A stretch of DNA of 32,120 nt from a virus (taxonomy: Duplodnaviria; Heunggongvirae; Uroviricota; Caudoviricetes): IMG/VR virus record IMGVR_UViG_2579778894_000022. One strand, given 5' to 3'. Under the pieces are notes generated by a model, which was not told the DNA's origin, ran no database searches, and worked only from the letters and a program-made list of their open reading frames with translations. Positions 27,920 through 32,120 of this stretch are shown piece by piece. How positions within the stretch are numbered: position 1 is the first letter of the stretch; each line of letters begins with the position of its first letter. The position numbers and the translations under genes are program-made.

Positions 27920-28147
27920 TTATCTCCAGATAATCTGGCAACCATTAAGACGGGCCGTCCATACAGAACGGGCCACCCCGGACTTATGCTCCATAATTCT
28001 GACCGCGCTTTTTACCAGTTCCACCGGTGGGTAAGTGATTTCAAGAATCGGACGCGCCACGCCGAGATATGATTCATTTACATGACTCCCGCGCGCCTGT
28101 AACCAGTTCTGCGCATCCGTTGCCATTTTTATATTTCGGGCCATCAT
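27920..28147 (-). CDS. kil: Kil (host killing / cell-division inhibition protein)
   Basis: 75 aa ORF directly downstream of B with an AAGGAG RBS; size and position match Mu kil. Confidence 0.75.
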   Translation of the reverse strand: MMARNIKMATDAQNWLQARGSHVNESYLGVARPILEITYPPVELVKSAVRIMEHKSGVARSVWTARLNGCQIIWR

Positions 28148-28162
28148 AATTTCTTCTCCTTC

Positions 28163-29101
28163 TTAATTACGCAGCAGCGTTGAAATATCAACGTCCAGGT
28201 CTAATTCACGGAAAGCCTGACGCAGATAATCTTCGTTAACACGCTCACCTTTACCGTGAGCCGTCATGGCGGCAAGGCGAAGTGAATGATTCAGAATGCG
28301 AAGCGCACCTGGTTTCTGCGCAATCTGCTGTAATAACTCCAGTTCTTTTTCACCGTTAATCTGCCAGGCATCCGCAATAGCTTTTACATCGGCTTTTTTG
28401 GTTTTATTAATTGCAGTGCGCTTTGCAATACGGGAAAACAGACGGGCAAATTCAACCGTTCTGTTACCCCCCGTCATATTTGAATAAACCCGGTGATTTC
28501 CCATCAGCACAAGGCCAGTGCGGGTTGATTCCTGTAACAGGCGGAGTTCTTCCAGAACCTCGGCACCAAGATGATCAGCTTCGTCGATGATAACCAGCCC
28601 CTGTGTACCTTCAAGGCGACGTCGCAGGGCGCGGGAGAGCGGCCCTTTACGGCGTGGTGCGTCATTCATTCCCAGCTCAAACGCCAGTTCAGTAAGACAT
28701 TCCAGAACGCTGGCACAGGATGGCGTAATGGTGATCATCCAGACATTGTTATTGGTGCGGCGATATTCACGGGCCGCTTCGGTTTTGCCCACACCAGGAT
28801 TGCCACATACAACAGCAATACTTTCAGTCAGGCTGGCAAAACGCATACTTGTCCAGATTTGTTTTACCGTCTGCGTTTCCACAAAGCGGGGCGGTTCAGG
28901 TAGTTCTGCAACTGCATGATATTTTTCCAGCCAGCGTTGCAGAATTTGTGAAACACGCTCGTTATCCCCGTTGTACTTATCATTGATAAAACTACTGATA
29001 GTTCCGGTAGAAAGCCCGCTCTCAAGAGCAATTTGTTTAAAGGTGGTTTCTTCATTTTCTACAAGCGTGCGCAGTCCTGCGCGAATATCGGAAATATTCA
29101 T
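28163..29101 (-). CDS. B: Transposition target-DNA activator MuB (AAA+ ATPase)
   Basis: 312 aa; Walker A GNPGVGKT; Walker B/DExx in LVIIDEADHL; N-terminal HTH; immediately downstream of the transposase. Confidence 0.93.
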   Translation of the reverse strand: MNISDIRAGLRTLVENEETTFKQIALESGLSTGTISSFINDKYNGDNERVSQILQRWLEKYHAVAELPEPPRFVETQTVKQIWTSMRFASLTESIAVVCGNPGVGKTEAAREYRRTNNNVWMITITPSCASVLECLTELAFELGMNDAPRRKGPLSRALRRRLEGTQGLVIIDEADHLGAEVLEELRLLQESTRTGLVLMGNHRVYSNMTGGNRTVEFARLFSRIAKRTAINKTKKADVKAIADAWQINGEKELELLQQIAQKPGALRILNHSLRLAAMTAHGKGERVNEDYLRQAFRELDLDVDISTLLRN

Positions 29102-29139
29102 CTGAATAACCTCGTAATTAAATTTTGTTTAAACGTTAA

Positions 29140-31131
29140 TTAAATGGCTTTTTTACGTCTGTTCTGTTCCAGAATATCCAGCGAATGATTCAGATATTCA
29201 TCACGCTCAGTTTCGTATTCATCATCACGCTCCTGATTCTTCACCCGTTCCATATTACCGGAAGGCCGGAAAATGCCGACAATTCGTGATTCTGGTGCTT
29301 CAGGTTCGGCTATCTGCGGCAGCAGCTCTGCCACTTCCAGTGCATCCATTTGTTTCTGTGCCTTAATCGCTGCTTTCGTCGCAGATTTCAGTTGTTTCTG
29401 GCGGCGGCGATATTCACGGCCTGCCGCAGCATCATTAAACGCAACAGGTGACAGACATTCCGCTTCACAGATAAACCGACCGTCCAGGGTGTAGCAATAA
29501 ACCGTGCTGTGTAACTGCTGTGGATCAAATCTGACCACAACTTTTTTCACTCCGGCATTCATTAACGCCATATTGTAATAAACGTTTTTCGCACCTTTAA
29601 GGGAGCCGCCAACTTTAAGCGCGAACTCGCCTTTACGTGAAACGTTCACCGCCTCGGCAGGCAGTAACAGCATCCGTTTTTGCTCTTCGGTAGGCTTACG
29701 CACAATCGTTCTGGCGTATTCACGCTCAAAAACGTCATCAAACGAAAGTTTGCCTCCGCACATTTCTGTTTCACGGCCTGTTCTGGCATTGAACATCGCC
29801 ACACCTTCGGCAAGGGTTTTCAGAAACAGCTCTGCATCAACAGCGCGGTCGCCATAGTTATCAGGTTTTGCCTGCGGATTAGGCCCCGTATATGCACCAG
29901 CCAGTGCCGGATGCTTATCAACGTATTCCTCAAGCCCACCAACACCGAAAGCACGTTCAACAGGTTTTGCCTGGCCCCAGCCTTTACCAGCAACAACGCT
30001 TGTCCAGTGCATTTTCGCACCCATCAGTAAAAACAGTCCTTTTGGATCGTCCTCTTTTACCTTAAAGCGGTAGCGATTGGGCGCGCCTCCCGTCAGCCAT
30101 TTATTCGCAGCACCACGGGTGTTATCAATGGTGATGTGAAAATCCTCCGGGATACCGTAGCGAGTCACAACATCCATGAACGAGAGGCGAATTGAATCAA
30201 TGTTCTCGCTCACATCGCAGCGCCAGCCCAGAATTTTTCGGGTTTTCACATCCTGCCAGAACCATGTTTTCGGACGGATCACATCACCGTTAAACCAGCG
30301 TACAAAGACGTTATGCAGATAACCGTCGCCGTTGATCCACTGCATGGCGTCCAGGTGTTCCACAGTTCGCTGCTGTGCCGGTATCAGATGCATCAGTGCA
30401 TGTTCACCTTCACGACAGGCAACAACCATTGCCTCGTCCAGTTGCTGAATCCGGCGAAAGGCCGTGGCACGGGAGGGAATACTCCAGCCATGCTCGCGGG
30501 CTGCCAGTTCCAGACGCTCATAACATTTGCGGAAGGCGGGTTTTTCCGGTCGCAGATAATCTGCAATCAGAAACTGCCAGGCATCCTCGTCAAATTCACT
30601 TTTGTGAACGTTGCGACGGGATGCACCACGTCCATCAACAAGCGCAGCCGCCCAGTCAGGCTTCGCAAACTTCTGTACCTGGTAATACTTGTCCCGCAAA
30701 GTGGATGCGCTGACCTGGTAATGCCCTGCAACGGTCGCAAAAGCCGTTTTTGTTGAAATCCCCTGGTTCAGCATTTCGTCTGCAGCCTGAACCGCAGGCA
30801 ACCATTTTTCAGCAAGTCTGCGCTGGGAATCGCTGGCGTTATCCCATTTGCTCCACAGTGCCTCACGATCATAATCATGGGCTTCCAGCGTGGGGCGGGC
30901 GATTTCAAAATACCCCAGGCTTGTTTCAATCTCTCCTTGTCTCAGCAATAACGCCGCTTTCGCTTCAACAGGTAAAGAGTTCGCATTGTATTCAATTGCT
31001 TTACCACCTTTGACACCTGCTCTAGTGCGGTTTTGCCATCCTTGCTTTTTAGCAACATAAATCACACCAGCCGATGTTTTCGGCAAACCAGGAAGATTCG
31101 CACACTCTTTCGGTGATACCCAAAGTTCCAT
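29140..31131 (-). CDS. A: DDE transposase MuA
   Basis: 663 aa from the ATG at 31131 ([32 protein letters not shown]...), which I recognise as the MuA N-terminus. The enhancer-binding N-domain is homologous to repressor c. The ORF track's GTG start 3 codons upstream was not used. Confidence 0.93.
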   Translation of the reverse strand: MELWVSPKECANLPGLPKTSAGVIYVAKKQGWQNRTRAGVKGGKAIEYNANSLPVEAKAALLLRQGEIETSLGYFEIARPTLEAHDYDREALWSKWDNASDSQRRLAEKWLPAVQAADEMLNQGISTKTAFATVAGHYQVSASTLRDKYYQVQKFAKPDWAAALVDGRGASRRNVHKSEFDEDAWQFLIADYLRPEKPAFRKCYERLELAAREHGWSIPSRATAFRRIQQLDEAMVVACREGEHALMHLIPAQQRTVEHLDAMQWINGDGYLHNVFVRWFNGDVIRPKTWFWQDVKTRKILGWRCDVSENIDSIRLSFMDVVTRYGIPEDFHITIDNTRGAANKWLTGGAPNRYRFKVKEDDPKGLFLLMGAKMHWTSVVAGKGWGQAKPVERAFGVGGLEEYVDKHPALAGAYTGPNPQAKPDNYGDRAVDAELFLKTLAEGVAMFNARTGRETEMCGGKLSFDDVFEREYARTIVRKPTEEQKRMLLLPAEAVNVSRKGEFALKVGGSLKGAKNVYYNMALMNAGVKKVVVRFDPQQLHSTVYCYTLDGRFICEAECLSPVAFNDAAAGREYRRRQKQLKSATKAAIKAQKQMDALEVAELLPQIAEPEAPESRIVGIFRPSGNMERVKNQERDDEYETERDEYLNHSLDILEQNRRKKAI

Positions 31132-31132
31132 G

Positions 31133-31360
31133 TTATTCACCTGCTTGATATCGGCTAGGCCAGATTACTTCCGGTTTAGTTTCTAAGGCGTTAGCAATAA
31201 TCTGCTCACCCTTTGGCCAGTGTCGTTCTAGCGCATTAGCTAATGTAGTTGGCGCATAACCAAACTGCCGGGAAAGAGCTGATAAAGAGAGCTTTCTTTT
31301 CTTAAGTCCCGCAATCACATCCGCACGATGCCAATCACGGGCCTTTTCGTTGGAACACAT
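31133..31360 (-). CDS. ner: Ner, early negative regulator (small HTH DNA-binding protein)
   Basis: 75 aa; [24 protein letters not shown]; RBS TAGGAGGG; stop 1 nt before the A start. Confidence 0.9.
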
Positions 31361-31529
31361 TTAAAAACCCTCCTAAGTTTTGTAATCTATAAAGTTAGCA
31401 ATTTAACTAAGTGTAAAAACTTAGCTAGCTTGCTAAAAAGATAATTACTGAAAAGCTTTTTGTAAAGCTGCTTTTTAGTAAATTCCTTTGATTACTGATT
31501 AACGCATTGATAAATAAAGGATTTAAATT
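31361..31529. promoter_or_regulatory. Divergent c/ner control region: repressor operators, early promoter (minus strand) and repressor promoter (plus strand); in Mu this region also acts as the transposition enhancer
   Basis: 169 bp AT-rich gap between divergent genes. Multiple CTTTT-type repeats on both strands between ~31425 and 31485 (for example GCTTTTTGTAAAGCTGCTTTTTAGTAAA). One IHF-consensus match, TATCAATGCGTTA on the minus strand, at 31500..31512. Confidence 0.7.
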
Positions 31530-32120
31530 TTGAAAAGTAACTTTATAGAAAAGAGCAATACTGAAAAGTCAATTTGGTGTTCGCCGCAAGAAATTATGGC
31601 TGCTGATGGTATGCCTGGATCTGTTGCTGGTGTTCACTATCGAGCAAATGTTCAAGGCTGGACGAAGCGGAAAAAGGAAGGTGTCAAGGGGGGGAAAGCT
31701 GTTGAATACGATGTGATGTCGATGCCCACCAAAGAACGAGAGCAAGTTATTGCGCACTTGGGGTTATCCACACCGGATACTGGTGCTCAAGCCAATGAGA
31801 AACAGGATTCTTCGGAACTGATAAACAAATTAACCACAACCTTAATCAATATGATTGAAGAGTTGGAACCAGATGAAGCACGCAAGGCACTGAAACTTTT
31901 AAGTAAAGGGGGGTTGTTGGCGTTAATGCCTCTTGTATTTAATGAACAGAAACTTTACAGCTTTATAGGATTTTCACAGCAAAGTATTCAGACGTTGATG
32001 ATGCTAGATGCATTACCTGAAGAAAAACGCAAAGAGATTTTGTCAAAGTATGGGATTCATGAACAGGAAAGTGTTGTAGTACCTTCACAGGAACCACAGG
32101 AGGTAAAAAAAGCCGTATAA
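31530..32120 (+). CDS. c: Repressor c (lysogeny repressor)
   Basis: 196 aa; TTG start with AAGGA 9 nt upstream and an in-frame stop 2 codons before it. N-terminal DNA-binding domain visibly homologous to the MuA N-terminal domain. The stop codon is the last 3 nt of the window. Confidence 0.9.
   Translation: MKSNFIEKSNTEKSIWCSPQEIMAADGMPGSVAGVHYRANVQGWTKRKKEGVKGGKAVEYDVMSMPTKEREQVIAHLGLSTPDTGAQANEKQDSSELINKLTTTLINMIEELEPDEARKALKLLSKGGLLALMPLVFNEQKLYSFIGFSQQSIQTLMMLDALPEEKRKEILSKYGIHEQESVVVPSQEPQEVKKAV

Larger units (their letters stand above)
1..32120. mobile_element. Mu-type transposable bacteriophage genome, internal segment from inside the invertible G segment to the 3' end of repressor gene c; inverted relative to the conventional Mu map
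   Basis: Contiguous gene order c / ner / DDE transposase A / AAA+ B / early small ORFs / gemA / mor / C / lys / terminase / portal / head / tail, all recognised by eye from the translations. Neither phage end nor host flank is present. Confidence 0.9.

Noticed and set aside
31131-31140. GTG start giving a 666 aa transposase (MNNMELW...)
   Set aside because: The ATG three codons downstream gives the N-terminus I recognise (MELWVSPKE...) and the 663 aa length.
1-32120. tRNA genes, CRISPR arrays, integrase or excisionase, host genes, attachment sites
   Set aside because: None were seen by eye. The element is a transposable phage using a DDE transposase, and both genome ends fall outside the window. 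No direct-repeat/spacer periodicity was noticed.

Overview
The whole 32.1 kb window reads as an internal segment of a Mu-type transposable bacteriophage (phage Mu itself or a very close relative), lying in inverted orientation relative to the conventional Mu map. Apart from the repressor gene c (+ strand, right edge), every gene is on the minus strand, so phage order runs right to left: c, operator region, ner, transposase A, B, an ~4.3 kb semi-essential early region of 11 small ORFs (kil, gam and others), gemA, mor, a middle operon (GH108-like protein, small ORF, C), a lysis cassette (SAR endolysin, overlapped spanins), terminase, portal, head genes F/G/I/T, tail sheath/tube/tape measure/baseplate, and the 5' part of tail-fibre gene S. 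The window starts about 48 bp inside the invertible G segment, with a gix-like site at 49..74. There is no host DNA, phage end, tRNA, CRISPR array or integrase in the window. Identification rests on proteins I recognise from memory (MuA, MuB, c, Ner, Mor, C, Gam) and on motifs visible in the sequence; no search was run. I see no evidence of a genuinely undescribed system: the least characterised parts are the semi-essential early ORFs, a GH108-like protein in the middle operon, and several regulatory elements listed under findings. Gene starts were refined from the ORF track by RBS and stop/start overlap, so some differ from the track.
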